Notes under the pieces: generated by a model
What the model saw: only the letters and a program-made list of their open reading frames with translations
The model's database searches: none
What the model was told of the DNA's origin: nothing
Part shown: one piece after another, positions 1 through 13,166 of the stretch
How positions within the stretch are numbered: the first letter of the stretch is position 1
Layout: each line of letters opens with the position of its first letter
Position numbers and translations under genes: made by a program
Source of the DNA: Eledone cirrhosa
Lineage: Eukaryota
Reading direction: 5' to 3'
DNA: 64,000 nt
Assembly: GCA_964016885.1 (NCBI GenBank)
Contig: OZ024740.1
Span: 237,150,001 to 237,214,000, forward strand

Positions 1-420
1 AATCTACGTAAGTCTTCCACCTTCAGCGCCCAGGTCTCACTACCATGTAACATTGCTGTTCGGATACACGCATCATACAGTCTGCCTTTCATTTTGAGGG
101 AGAAGCCTTTTGCAGCTAGCAGTGGCAGTAGTTCCCCGAACTTCTTCCATCCTGTTCTTACTCTAGTTATTGTACTTTCTGAACACCCACCTCCGCTGCT
201 AATTCGGTCACCTAGGTAGCAGAAGCTGTCTCCTGTTTCTACAGAGCCCTCCCAGAGATTGGTGGTACTTGTTTTCTGTGGCTGTTTGCTGCTTGCTGTC
301 CCAGCACAGCTGCTATGTGTGAAGCCTACATTCTTAATTAAGCTTCCTGAGATCCCGCTACATCTCTTGTGTACCCATTGTTTGCATTTGGGACAGAGAA
401 TGGAGTTCCTACCTACACTA
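1..420 (-). mobile_element. RTE LINE fragment (subfamily B), RT C-terminal region, runs off window start
   Basis: 1-175 nearly identical to 24258-24432; reverse strand reads VGRNSILCPKCKQWVHKRCSG and SFCYLGD, homologous to the ORF at 53958-56984. Confidence 0.85.
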
Positions 421-769
421 CCTGGATTACTTATTCAATTATAGACTGAAGTGAAACTTAACTGGAGCATCTTTTTATTGGCAGTGTGATACTCCCAAAG
501 TATAATGTATAATATACATATATTGTATATATAGTCCTGTAACTCCTAAGAGTCGTAGGGGTGCTGTATGTCAATACAGTGTTTCTTGGGCATTTTAAGC
601 CTGGCGGAGCCCTTAGTGGCATATTGCTGGGGTGCAGCTGCAAGAAATGCACCCAGCATACTCTCTAAAATTAGACATTTGCTGAAAGCACATGGTACAG
701 TGAGACATATGCTAACCACATGTATAGTAAATCAAGTAAAACAGGACAGCTTCATAACTAATGAGTAGT

Positions 770-1110
770 GTTGCAGTAGTATTATTAACTGCTACAAAGA
801 CAAAGGAGATGCACTGGACAGAGGAAACTATAGAGTTGGTGGACCAGGTCATGAAAATGACTGAAATAGTTATTGCAAACTAATTAGGGATAGAAATATT
901 ATAGACGAGATGCAGTTTAGCTTTGTGTCTGGTAAAGATACCACAAATGCCTTCTTCCTTGAGAGATAGCTGTAAGAGACTGCATTGGTATGGGCATGTG
1001 CATGATGACAGCTGCATTAAGAAATGCAGAACGCTAAAAAATATGGAAGGGAAAGACCTAGTAAAATTTGGTGTGATGACTGACTTCACAAAGACTTGCC
1101 TTTCCCCATA
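770..1110 (+). mobile_element. Old, internally deleted RTE LINE relic
   Basis: IINCYKDKGDALDRGNYR, DQVMK, DEMQF and RLHWYGHV remnants match the RTE ORF near 55500-55690 and 56750. Confidence 0.7.
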
Positions 1111-1225
1111 GAAGTAGAGAGGTGGAACATTTAAGTCTCCACCTGCCAGTATACTCTCAATTTCCTTTTCCAAGGAGCATCAATGTAGCAGATAAATTCC
1201 CCAAAATCACACCTAATTATCTTAA

Positions 1226-3712
1226 CCCTTTCATTACCAAACCGCCCGAAAAAAATGTTGGTTCATGTGACCAAGCCGCCCGTACTCACACATTCATATT
1301 TAAATGGGAATATCAGAGCAAATCTCGTTAGTACATTCGTGAAAACACGTGATTATACTACGTAAACAATTGAGCTACAGTTTTGGACAAATATCGACGT
1401 GTTATTTTAATTCTGTGAATTTTGGGAGATTTTTTTCCAAATTTATTCCTGTTGCGTTTTGAAAATTTTTAATTCTGACAAAAAGTGGATACCAATTTCA
1501 TTCAGTCAAGCAGCGAGTCAGGATTCGAAGGATTTTCTACTGAAGACCTTGAAAAATCTAACTCTATAACTGAAAAAAAAAAAAAAAAAGCACGTGGTAT
1601 TTGATAATGAATCCGATGTTTCATTTTCTGAGAGTGAAAGCAGTGAATCCGAGAGCTCCGATGACAGCGATAAAGAAAATGAATTGGCACCTGAATGGAG
1701 TAAAAATTTAAAAACGGTTTCTTTCAGTGATTTTTATGAAGAAACTGGACCAAGTCACAGTCTATCCCAGGAGAGCAAAGTTTTAGACTATTTCCTTTTA
1801 CTTTTTCCTATGAGCTTGTTTTGAAATTATTACGGCGGAAACAAATTGTTACGCTGAAAGTAAACAAAGCGAAAAAAAGGATAGTTTGTGGTTTCCCACA
1901 AGCTTAAATGAAATTAGGGCTTATTTTGCCATAAATATTATTATGGGCATTAGAAAGCTAGCCAGAATTACAAATTACTGGAGTAACGATGAACCCTTTG
2001 GAGACAAATATGTCTCAAGTATAATGACGAGGACACGGTTTTTAATATTGACGCAGTATTTACATGTAAGAGGCACGAGCAGTACACCAGTACGTGGAGT
2101 ACCAAACTATGATCCCTTATTTAAAATAAGACCCCTCATTGATTGTGTTCAAAACACATATAAAACAGTTTACAAACCAGAGATATTTATCTATCGATGA
2201 GGGTATGGTGGGCTATAAAGGCCGAGTGCGTTTCGACAATATATGCCAGGAAAGCCCACAAAATGGGGATCAAAGTTTGGAAGATTTGCGAATCGAATAC
2301 TGGGTACTGCTCTGGATTTGAATTTTATACTGGCAAAAGAGACAATTATGTAAGCCAGCATGGCCTAGGGTATGATGTGGTCTGGAATTTAGCACTTCCA
2401 TACCATAACCAGGGCTGTATATTATTTTTTGACTGGTTTTTCAGTTCGGTCAAACTTGCGGAGAATTCAGATACTGTGGCAACACAGACATGTGCTACAG
2501 TGATCGCTAATAGAAAAGGACTGCCGTTAGATATAAAAAAAGCAAAATTAAAATAAAAAGGTGAAATAATTCAACGACAAAGGAAATTTGCTAGCGACCG
2601 CATACAGAGATAAGAGGCAGATCAATTTTCTGTCTACCTGTGCATGGCCACATATTTGTGAATCTCGATTATAACAGGTACATGAGTGGTGTAGATCGAA
2701 TGAATCAGATGATGTCTTATTATTCAGTTGGCAGATCGGGAAATAAATGGCGGCGATACCTGGTTTGGTATATAGTAAATATGAGTATTACTAATGTGTT
2801 TATACTATATACCAAATCGGGACGGGCTCGAAAGTGATGCGACCATCTGCAGTCCGAGCAGATGTAGCAACACAATTAAGAGCTGGTTATTCCTAAAAAA
2901 AAAATAACTGTAGGGAGAAAAACCAAAGCCTGCCAGAGAGATATCCCTTTGAATTCAGCCGATCTCCATAAATTAGAAAAAAAAAAAAAATAAATAAATA
3001 AATCGAGGGTCGCAAAAGGCAGTGCCGTGAAAGCCTTCATCAAAAAAGGAAAGCTCCTAGTGGAAGGTCTGTTGAAACAACTTTCCAATGTGCATTCTGC
3101 AAGGTTGCATTATGTAGAGCAGGGTGCTTTACAAGTTTTCATGATAGGAATATTGTTTGATTTGTATATATGTGTGATTTTATTTTATTAATATTTTCAA
3201 ATTTACTTCATTTTTATTTATGTAATTTTAATTTACCTGTAAGGTGAATGACGAGTTTTGATTAATTTCTTTTGTAAATCATTATTGTATATTTCTGCAT
3301 ATCTATGTATGTGGGAGAGCTTATTTAATCTAGTTGATGGTGTGTGTGTATTTTGTTTTCTAGTTTTCTTCACAGACAAATTCCAGTCTTTCGTTTTATT
3401 TATACCTTTATGGTACACCTGTCTTTTGTGTGTTTAAATTCACCTGATAAATCCAGTAATGTGCACAACTCTTCTATAGTAAAATTTTGTTGTATACCCA
3501 ATTGAATATTAGCTAATAACCCATTTTCTATAGCAATGTTTGAACAAAATTTAAATAATTTCATATTTTGTTGAAGTTACCTGTAATTAGAGTCACTTTG
3601 AGACAAAAATTATGGAATAGAATTGGTTGAGAACCTTTCGTTAAATTTTCTTCCAAAAATCACATTAATATGTTGATAAATAAAAAAGGTTAGAAATATG
3701 GTAACGAAAGGG
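1226..3712 (+). mobile_element. piggyBac DNA transposon, complete with TIRs and TTAA target-site duplication
   Basis: TTAA 1222-1225 then CCCTTTCATTACCA; TGGTAACGAAAGGG then TTAA 3713-3716; internal transposase remnants. Confidence 0.92.
1484..3160 (+). pseudogene. Disrupted piggyBac (PGBD-like) transposase
   Basis: Acidic N-terminus, YDPLFKIRPLID, SIDEGMV, GIKVW, FFD.FFSS, YNRYMSGVD and C-terminal Cys-rich domain (TTFQCAFCKVALCRAGCFTSFH), split by frameshifts and stops; start approximate. Confidence 0.88.
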
Positions 3713-4355
3713 TTAAAAATAGATACATTAGATAAAGTAGTCCAAGATAAACTATTCATGTAAAAAAAGAAATCTCAGAATGGTCATGTGAAAGACTTTG
3801 GTCATAGTTCTGCTTGATCAGAGCTGACTTGGAGCTAAACAACATCAATAAATCACAGCATATAGCTACATCAGCACAACAATCTAAAGAGAGAGGTACT
3901 TACCATAGCACCAGGATCAGCATCATCATCACCAAATGCCAATGCAAGATTGCTAACAGCTTGTGTGACACTCTCAACACTCATCTTCTCATTATAAGTA
4001 AACCAATGGTTCTGAAAGACAACAAAATAAACATTTATAGACCAGATAAATTTGCTGAAGCAATCAAGTTTTACAAAGATGCCTACTTGGGATGATAGTT
4101 AAGATAGCAAAAATGATTAAAATCAGGGCCTGTTAATTCAAATGTTTATAAGTATGTTAACTAATGGAAAGATCACTGTAAAGACTTTAATGTGGTGCTA
4201 TTTTGTGCTTTTTAAAGAATCTTGGAAGGTTTGCCCTTTATTCTAAAGCCACATGAAAAAAAGTTAGAATTGGTAAAGACACACAAACACACTGTTTTTA
4301 ATTCATATGAGCTTTTTCTTTCATAGTAGAAAGCATATTTAAGGTCAATATTCAC

Positions 4356-4423
4356 CTGAGCTTCAACTCGTGCTCGATCAATCATTGTTCTGGAGTCTGC
4401 AACCAATCCACTCATAGCACAAC
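4356..4423 (-). CDS. PSMA5: Proteasome subunit alpha type-5, third coding exon (GCAMSGLVADSRTMIDRARVEAQ)
   Basis: 68-nt exon with AG acceptor (4424-4425) and GT donor (4354-4355), phase compatible with the previous exon; later exons not found, so they lie beyond position 1. Confidence 0.95.
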
Positions 4424-4554
4424 CTAAAATAAATAAATCCACATACATGAAAAAATTGACAATTTTATTAGTTTTTTTAAACGTTATTGGAACAAGTAGT
4501 CTAGAAACACTTTATCAACTGACTGATATTTGTAAATTTATTTTCTGTACTTAC

Positions 4555-4681
4555 CTATATGTGAATCAACCTCCAGAACTTTTTCAATGCTTGAAGCTAC
4601 AATCAAAGGACATGTAACCCTCTTTTCAACAGCCAACACAATACCCTCATTGGTTTGGATCCCTATGGCAGTAGAACCGAG
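4555..4681 (-). CDS. PSMA5: Proteasome subunit alpha type-5, second coding exon ([42 protein letters not shown])
   Basis: 127-nt exon with canonical AG and GTAAG sites; typical alpha-subunit sequence. Confidence 0.95.
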
Positions 4682-5608
4682 CTAAAAATATAAAATAACT
4701 TCTAATATAAATTCTAACAAAATTTTTTTATACTGATAAATATTTAAATATATGTTAATCAAGAATTTTGATTTGAAATGGCGTGCTGAAATGGACAATC
4801 TTAGTCACCTCTGCTAATAAATAGAAACAAATAATTCTTCTAAAATACATTACGATTATCTTCACTTTTACATTTGATTTTTCAATTCTAGCATGAATTG
4901 ATGAAACTTTTTGAGATGGATACCTTTTCTTAAGCCGGCCTTTGTTTTTTTTTTTAAAGTAACATACTCATCTTTGCATGTTAAATAGCTGAACCACAGT
5001 GAATATTGTTTATACATGACAAAAACAAACAACATTGCCAATCAAATATTTAGTGAAGGTACACACACACATATGACAGGCTTCACTATAATTTTCCTCT
5101 ACCAAATTCACTCACTAAGTATTGGTCACCTCAAAACATACCATGGAGTAGGACAGAACCAAAAACCACATGACTGTCAAGTGTAATTTCTTAATCACAC
5201 AGCCATGCCTGCACCAATACACAATTATGCCTGCAGTATTAACAAATAGTAAAATAAGAAATAAATAAATGGAGGTCAGTTTGAAGATGTAATGAGCCGA
5301 AAGCTTCAGTGTCATTTACATTACTCTATATTTACTATTATATTTTCACAGTAAAGGCTTTCCCTAACATAATATCGAATCTATGAGATTTTGATATTAT
5401 TTATTTTGAGAAAAATACCTAAACATCAGTGTGAGCGGACGGTTACAGCCGGTTTGAACAGAAAGAGGTGAGAGAATTCTGGCCTGATATGGCCAGACTA
5501 AATGCTAAAGAGTTAAACAATTACGACAATTGTTTCCTAAAAGTTCTTCAAATATGTGCAATTTCTCTTCACTGCCACTGAACAATAACTGCAGAACACT
5601 ACAAGCTA

Positions 5609-5806
<198 letters not shown>

Positions 5807-5834
5807 TTAACTAATCAAATGGTCACTATCAAAA

Positions 5835-6018
5835 TAATTGTTTCTAATTTAGGCACAAGGCCAAAAATTACCCAGTGCATTACTGGTACTTTATTTTATC
5901 GACCCCGTAAGGATGAAAGGCAAAGTCAACCTCGGCGGGATTTGAACTCAGATCGTAAAGGGACGTAACTATGCTGCAAAGCATGGTGTCTGACCCTCTA
6001 CCGACACTGCAAATCCAC
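5835..6018 (-). mobile_element. tRNA-derived SINE, family 1
   Basis: Reverse strand has B box GTTCAAATCC and body GCCTTTCATCCTTACGGGGTCGATAAAATAAAGTACCAG; sister copies at 6381, 31361, 37306, 39843. Confidence 0.85.
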
Positions 6019-6380
6019 TAGCAAAATAATAACGAGAGTTCAGATGTTCATTACAGAAATTTGTATTCTAAAGGTGAGTCATGAACTTCATAAAATGTAT
6101 TTATTGCATGTTTTTGTTAACCCCACGTCAATTCTGATCAAACAGATCCATAATGCATCTAGGATCAAATTGCTTAAGAAAATCTTTTTTCTTTTAAGAT
6201 ATCATCATCTAATGTGTTTTCCTTGCTAGCAAGGCTGGATAGAGCCACTGCCTTCTTAAGACGAGACAGGAGCCCACATCTGACATCCATTCCCACACTC
6301 AATTGTATGTATTTTATTACAGCACTAGCACTAGGGAGGTTGTCATGTCTTTGACACAGCTGAAGAGTCCTATATAATAA

Positions 6381-6568
6381 TAATTGTTTCTACTTTAGGC
6401 ACAAGGCCAGCAATTACCCAGTGCATTACTGGTACTTTATTTTATCGACCCCGTAAGGATGAAAGGCAAAGTCAACCTCGGCGGGATTTGAACTCAGATC
6501 GTAAAGGGACGTAACTATGTTGGAAAGCATGGCGTCCGACCCTCTACCGATACTGCCAATCCACCGCC
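6381..6568 (-). mobile_element. tRNA-derived SINE, family 1
   Basis: GGCGGTGGATTGGCAGTATCGG head, B box GTTCAAATCC, same body and tail as 5835-6018. Confidence 0.88.
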
Positions 6569-6571
6569 TAT

Positions 6572-7266
6572 ATAATAATAATAATGAAAATATTGTGTAC
6601 AATGCACATCAAAAGTGTATGTACAAATGTCAGGAAAATGAACAGTGCATGAGTCATGATATACACGTGTGCATGTGTGAGGAAGGGGGACATCAGGTGT
6701 AGTTTTGGCGAATTTCGGGAGGCATGAGGGTTTTAAAGGATGCAGTGTCTCAGCAGCTAACAACTGATGCAGGCAGTTTGTTCCATGCTTCAACAACTCT
6801 AAGCGTGCAAAAATGTTTCCGAAAGTCATGGGAGCTGTGCTGTTTTCTGACTTTGTAGGCATGTCCACGTGGGTTAGACAAATGGAGATCAAAAAGGTGC
6901 TCAGGTTTGATGTTGGCGAGATGGTTAATAACTTTGTGGGTGTTACCAAGTTCATTGCCAGATGTCGGAGCTTCAATGAATCCATGCCCAGGGAAGCAAG
7001 GCGTTCAGAGTATGGTAGGTGTCTGATGGAGGGGATGTGCTTGGTTGCACGTCTCTGAACAGTTTCCAGGAGGTCAATGTTGTGAGCAAGATAGGGGTTC
7101 CAGACTGATGATGCGAATTCCAAATGTAGTCGTACCATAGCTGTATACAGCTTTAAATAGATGGCTGGAGAGCGGCTAACAAAGGTCTTGCTGAGTGATG
7201 CCAAGACACCCTCGGCCTTCTTGACAATTTTAGAGATGTGCTGACAGTAATGCCCAGGTCACGTCC
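6572..7266 (-). mobile_element. CR1-type LINE 3' fragment
   Basis: LYTAMVRLHLEFASSVWNPY and LETVQRRATK; (ATT)n tail; same family as 42750-43898. Confidence 0.88.
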
Positions 7267-8249
7267 TGATCCTTTGTCTGGCAAGTTTTCTATGACTAGA
7301 TTTCCTTCCTATCATCAAGACCTTCACAGAGGGTGTTATTTGAGGGAGATTTGGCTACTATTCCTAGCAGGTCGAGTGACTATGTAGAGACTGCCTCACT
7401 GCATCAGTTTTAATGGCATAATTAGAAGTATGGATGCAAAATACCAACAAAGAAAAAAATTTTTTTTTTAACAGAACATTTTATGCAGTATTTTGCAGAG
7501 TTACCACAGGATCTTCTGCAGTTGCTTGGCCTAGAAACAGTCAAATCTCCCTCAAACCACACCCATTTTAGGGAAGAAAATAGTCAATTAATTCTACCCT
7601 AGTATTTGTCGAGAACAATATTTTATCGATCCTGGAAGGATGAAACGTAAAATCAATGTCAGAACATAAAGATAAAATTCTGTATTTCGAACCAAACCAA
7701 CCCAACCCAAGCCATTTAAAAAAAAAAATGGATGGGCTTGGGTTGGTTTCTTTAATTTTTCTTTTAAATCTAGTTCAGTGGATTTATAAAAGAAACATTT
7801 TGCATAGAAAAGAACATCATCATCTAATGTTTGTTTTCTTTCCTAGCAACAGTTGGATTGGTCAGTACTCAATCGGAGTTACTGACATCTCAGACGGGCC
7901 AGGGGCCCACATCGTGTTTACATATGTCTCCACATTCTTTGACAGAGGTGTAAAATGCCCTGACTCTTAGTTTGGCAAGTTTTCTATCGTTGGATACCCT
8001 TCCTATCACCAATAACCTGGGTTAAACACCTATGCAGGTTGTTTAAAATGTTCCTTGCGTTAAGAAAACAATTTCTGTCATAAAGCTGAAACATGTAATC
8101 AATACCTAGAAGCAATAGACTTAGCAATACCTAAAATTGAGAGTTCTTAAAGGAATCCTAGCAAAGACAAAAGTATTAGCAGGAAAGACCATGCTAGTAG
8201 AAAATGAATGGGTAGGAATGCTATACAATCTAAATTATAGGTGCACAAA

Positions 8250-8455
8250 AGATGCAGTGGGATTAAAGACAGGCTGATATGCAGAGGGAACAGTAAGAAA
8301 ATCCAATAAGTACATTCTTTCAAATACATGGAGGTATCCCAAGAAGAAGTTGATAGCTTCTGTTACATACTTGACCTCTTCTTAGCAGAGGACAAGGTGT
8401 TCTAAAAACATAATAGCCAAAGTAAGAACAGGATGAGAACAGTTTAGGGAGCTAA
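8250..8455 (+). mobile_element. Old RTE LINE relic
   Basis: Degenerate match to the KRCSGI, VDSFCY and KVRTG region of the RTE ORF. Confidence 0.55.
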
Positions 8456-9391
8456 TTAAAACAATGCAGCAATATTATAGACTGTAGAACTAGTGAATTA
8501 CTGAAGTTGTTTGGCTCAGGCATAGCTCCATAATCAAAGGTATTCCAGTCATGACAACCCCGTTCTTTTTGGAATAAGTGGGACTACAATCCATATTTAA
8601 GTTTGTAGGATGTGGCTTGAGGGTGGTTTCACTGGTCTTCAGCAGGTCGAACAGCCACTTAGGTGGTTTCCTCGTTGGCTTGAGTAAATTTCTGAGGTAA
8701 GTTTTGGAGCCATTAACACAAAATATACCTCATATAAGTTAGTTTCAAGTTATACCATAAATTATTGTTCAATACATCATTAAGTATTTAGTAAATGTAA
8801 ACAAGAAAGTATGATAAACACGAGACATCATTTCCTTATACATCAATGTACACCATGATCTAAAAACACCTTACATTATAATCTGATACAAAACACTGAT
8901 CCCAACATAACTCAAAGATCAGCCACAATATATCACAGTGAACACTAATATAACAAATGTAATTATTTCTCGAAATGTAACTTCTACTAATGCGTATATA
9001 GCTACAGCAATGTCCTGCTAATGTGTATATAGCTACAACAATGTCTATAGTAACAGGACAAAGCTGCCGACATGTTCACTATAGATTTAATGTTAACTCA
9101 GTAGCAATATGACTGAGACAAATGCCATTTGGTAAATGTGTAAAGATGGAAATAAAAGATGTAATATGAACGAAAAAGAGTATATAAGAATAAAGGCGGT
9201 AATATGGACAATACAGTTAGTAAATATTATTTGTTTAACAGCATGGTTTCTGTAGCCCTTTTATATAACAACTACCTGGCTTTAGGATGTTACCTTGCTT
9301 TAAACATCACTATGAGAAACAAGAAGATTTAGAATTTGCTTTTTAGGCAATCAGTTGATCAGATAGCAATAAATATGCAAGATATACTTAC

Positions 9392-9440
9392 TGGATTGAA
9401 AATCACAAATGAACGAGAGAGATGACACAGCACAACGGAA
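9392..9440 (-). other. PSMA5: Probable non-coding first exon of PSMA5
   Basis: GTAAGTA donor on the minus strand at 9391-9385; pyrimidine-rich exon next to an ETS motif; the coding exon at 5733 needs an upstream exon; 5' end approximate. Confidence 0.6.
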
Positions 9441-9666
9441 GTAATAGGTAGCTTCGCAGTTAATTATATAGCTATTTTATTGTAGTTTCACTTTAAGATT
9501 ATATCTAAATAAATAATTTATACAAATTATATACGTCACTGTAATGTTGTAATAAATATAGAATTTTTTTTTTACGACGATTACTTTTTAAAATTACGAG
9601 TGAAATTCTGTGCTGCTTAGCCGTATAAATCATCTTTAGTTGATTGAATGAACTAGAGTAAACAAG
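9420..9666. promoter_or_regulatory. Candidate bidirectional promoter with ARE (ATGACACAGCA 9422-9432), ETS (CGGAAGT 9436-9442) and CRE-like (TACGTCA 9532-9538) motifs
   Basis: Motifs seen directly between two divergent donor-bearing exons in repeat-free sequence. Confidence 0.5.
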
Positions 9667-9702
9667 ATGGAGAACTTGCCAAAAATTCCCAGTCCAAGCC
9701 AG
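9667..9702 (+). CDS. Candidate first coding exon of an unknown divergent gene (MENLPKIPSPSQ)
   Basis: AAGATGG Kozak context, 12 codons, strong CAG/GTGAG donor; no homology recognised. Confidence 0.35.
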
Positions 9703-11014
9703 GTGAGGAAATTATTATATTTTAGCACATGATAAATGGAATGTCAGTTTTTAAAATATTGTTTTAAAAAAAATAGACAACGTATTTTTTGTCTTGAAGT
9801 ATAATATTGATAGTTTTTGTGTTATTTAGTTGATCAATATATTTCTTTATTATAAGATTCACATAACTCACAAGCTAGACCTCACATTTTTGCTGATGCT
9901 CTCTATGTATACACATATTATGCACTCTCTTCTTCATTTCATTATTCTGTATTTGATCTGACGCAACATTTATTTAATAAAAAAAATACAGCGAACTGAT
10001 TTGAAATTTATGCCCTGCCTTTATTCTCTACTTTTTATTGTAAATTCACATTTGATCCTTTTGGCAACATCTAATTTTTACACCTGACCTTTTTTTATCA
10101 AGTGATCATAATTCTTAAGACATTATCAAATATTAATCGTAATAATGTAATTTAAAAAAAAATCTGTCAATTTATTTCACTGTGTCTGGGTGATTAAATG
10201 ATTTAATCGGATAAAACGTTTGTTTTACTGTTAATTGTTAATCCTTTCGAATAATATTCACATTATTATATCTAGCTATTATATTTTCTTATATGTAAAA
10301 TATTCTTTTTTCTTTGAAACGAAACCTAATAAATCGTCCATAATATATTCTGCCTCCTAAATTTACCCTCCCCTCAACTTGGTCTGCACCAGTTTCCATA
10401 TAGTAGCAGGATGTTACGACCACTGTGCTGCTACTTCAACTCCTGCTCAGTACCACTAGCCTACGTACTATATATATATATATATGTATAAACACACATT
10501 TAATAACAGTGATTTCATAAATGATAACCGTAACACTCTTCACCACAATATACAAGGCAGAAGCGTGAAAACAAACTAGTTGCTTGTTCTCTTCTCAGTC
10601 TTGGTTACTCACCTGTTCATGTGATGTTGCAATGACAGTTGTAAATAGTGAAGCTAGATAATTTTATGTATAACTACCACACATACTAAGAATGGTATTG
10701 AGTGAGTGTCAGTCTGACAACAAGTGATTGTGTCTTAAGCTAATTCTTAACTCTTCCAAATAGATTTACATCTTATATATTATTACTGTTATATTTTCTC
10801 TCGTCAGCATAGCAGTACATAAATATTACTTTTCAAATATTTACGAATTATCGTTGACTTAAAAATCTACGAGCTAGATTTTAACACACACACACAAGGG
10901 TATTTTTCTCTAGTTACATACACAGACGCACACATACATACAAATACAACACATATACAAATGTTTGTGTGTGGGGGAGAGAGAGGAGAATCGATAAAGA
11001 ACAAGCAGGTGATC

Positions 11015-11047
<33 letters not shown>

Positions 11048-12980
11048 CTATTCATTGATGAGAAACACAAATCATGATAATAGATTATAACGGATTTATT
11101 CGTTAACATTCTTTCTCGGATCAATTTACATTATTCTAGATTCAAAACCTTTTCTCTTATTCACCCTCGTTTATTAAGTCATGTGAGAAATATGTACCCA
11201 CCGTTGCTTAATCGGACACCAGTACACTCACTCTTGCTCATTAGTCTTGATATACGAGACATATCCATTGTTACTCACATACCTCTTGCTATGTGACCCG
11301 TATACCCACACTTACTCATACCCATGATAATTAAAACACATACCCATATCTACTCACAAATCTAATTCTACCCAACATCCGTAATGACACATACACATGA
11401 CCACGTCCGCAGACAACACGTAATATATTATTTATTACCATAATTGCAAATACTGAGCGTTGACAGTTTCACCAACAGTAACCGCTATCTTCTTATCAAT
11501 AAAATGATAATTACATATTTGGAATGTCTACAGTAATAAAAAAAAAAACTCTGGAAGAGATATTTCTTATTCAATTAAGTTTTTCTTTTAATCTTTAATA
11601 TGGGTGAAAGCTACTTGTCATTTAAGATGTTCACAAATATGTATTTCCTTTTTTTAAGTCGTCATTATGATTTGAAGATGTGCCTGGAGTAATAATTGTC
11701 TAGCGAACACTTCAACTCAGTAATTACGTTAGCTTTCATCCTTTTTAGATGATTTTTCTGTCTTTTCAAATCCCTCCACTACCACCACTATTGATTTTCA
11801 AATATACTAGATGTGTGGGCGTATTTCTGATCTAGTCGACCGATTCATGTACCGCCACTACCACATCCTCCTTACTACGTAGGGCCACTGCTACTACCCT
11901 CGAGCTCCTCCACTGACTACTGTATGTGGCACCCACATTTTAATGTATATATTCTGCTCCTTTTAACATTTGGACAACTATTCAACGGCAACTCCTGTCC
12001 CGATTGTTCCCGACCTCCGAAAATTAACTTAATTAAAAACAACGACAACCAAAACCCTAAACACATAGCAGTGTTCCTTTTTTAGATATAGTTTGATAAA
12101 TACTTATAAGAAATTATTATTGTCATCATTATCATCAAGTAAAGAAATCATCATTCGTTTCTGTAATTATTGATTAGCAAAATATTTCACGATTCTCAGT
12201 TGTTGCTGTCTCCTCCTCCACTACCACCTTGCATAATCAAGGTGATCCATTTCTCTCTCCGTCGATCTCTGATTCAGAAACCAATTTCATTGATCTGTGT
12301 TCTCTGGTATAACTATTGCTCAATCGGGCGCTTTTTGTTTTAAATTATGCTGGTCTTTTGGTTGATATATCTAGGTTACTTGTAAACATTATGTCGGAGA
12401 GTTTTTAAAGGAAGCTGACACATTTTATATAATTCCTTCACTTGGATTTATTATCTAAAGATGTGTACACACGTCTCTCCCATCCCACCTCGGACACTGC
12501 TCAACTTGTTTATGCTTTTCATTATCAGGATAAATATTCATTTAATAGTTTCAGTTTTGAAGGAGAGGGTGATCTTTTATTTCTCATTTGCATCATATAT
12601 TATATTTTTGGCTATTTCAGCAAACGCTTTGTGAAGAAATAGTAAAAACAAACACAAAAGCCTTATATTTTATAATGTCCGCGTATAAGTGATATGACAT
12701 AGTTGCTGTCTATATATTTCTTTGTCTATATGTGTGCGTGCGAGTATGTATGTAGTTATGTATATATATAATGTATAATAAACAATACAATATAACTACC
12801 TCATTAGCAGAGGTTTCCCGAATAAGACATATATACACATTTAGCCGGCGAAACGGCTTGAGCTCAGCTGTCGGGGTCCTACTCGTTCCTATTACCCACT
12901 CTACTACCCTAAGTATTGAGTACTTTGGTGCGTTATGGTCCATCTGGTTCCGTACCACATTTCCTTCGTTATATATATAT

Positions 12981-13165
12981 GGGGTCCCTATCATTCCACT
13001 CCAAAGTGGTCGTGTAGGCGCCACGGAAAAAAAGCACCCACCACTCACTGTAAATGAGGTTGGTGTTAGGAAGGGCATCCAGCTGTAGAAATCAAGCCAG
13101 AATCAATTCCCGTCCCACCCTTGCAAGCAGGGAAAAAGCGAACGTAAAATGAATGAAAATGAAAT
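12981..13165 (+). mobile_element. 5'-truncated SINE family 2 (RTE-tail part)
   Basis: Reverse complement of about 36320-36495; contains GTTAGGAAGGGCATCCAGCTGTAGAAA. Confidence 0.8.
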
Positions 13166-13166
13166 A

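Noticed and set aside
4212-4448. 78-aa ORF as a standalone gene
   Set aside because: Only 4356-4423 is a PSMA5 exon; the rest is intron read-through
6480-6568. tRNA genes at SINE heads
   Set aside because: A and B boxes are present but no complete cloverleaf, and all continue into SINE bodies
12200-12241. Possible 42-nt internal exon (LLLSPPPLPPCIIK)
   Set aside because: Weak donor GTGATC and low-complexity content; no support
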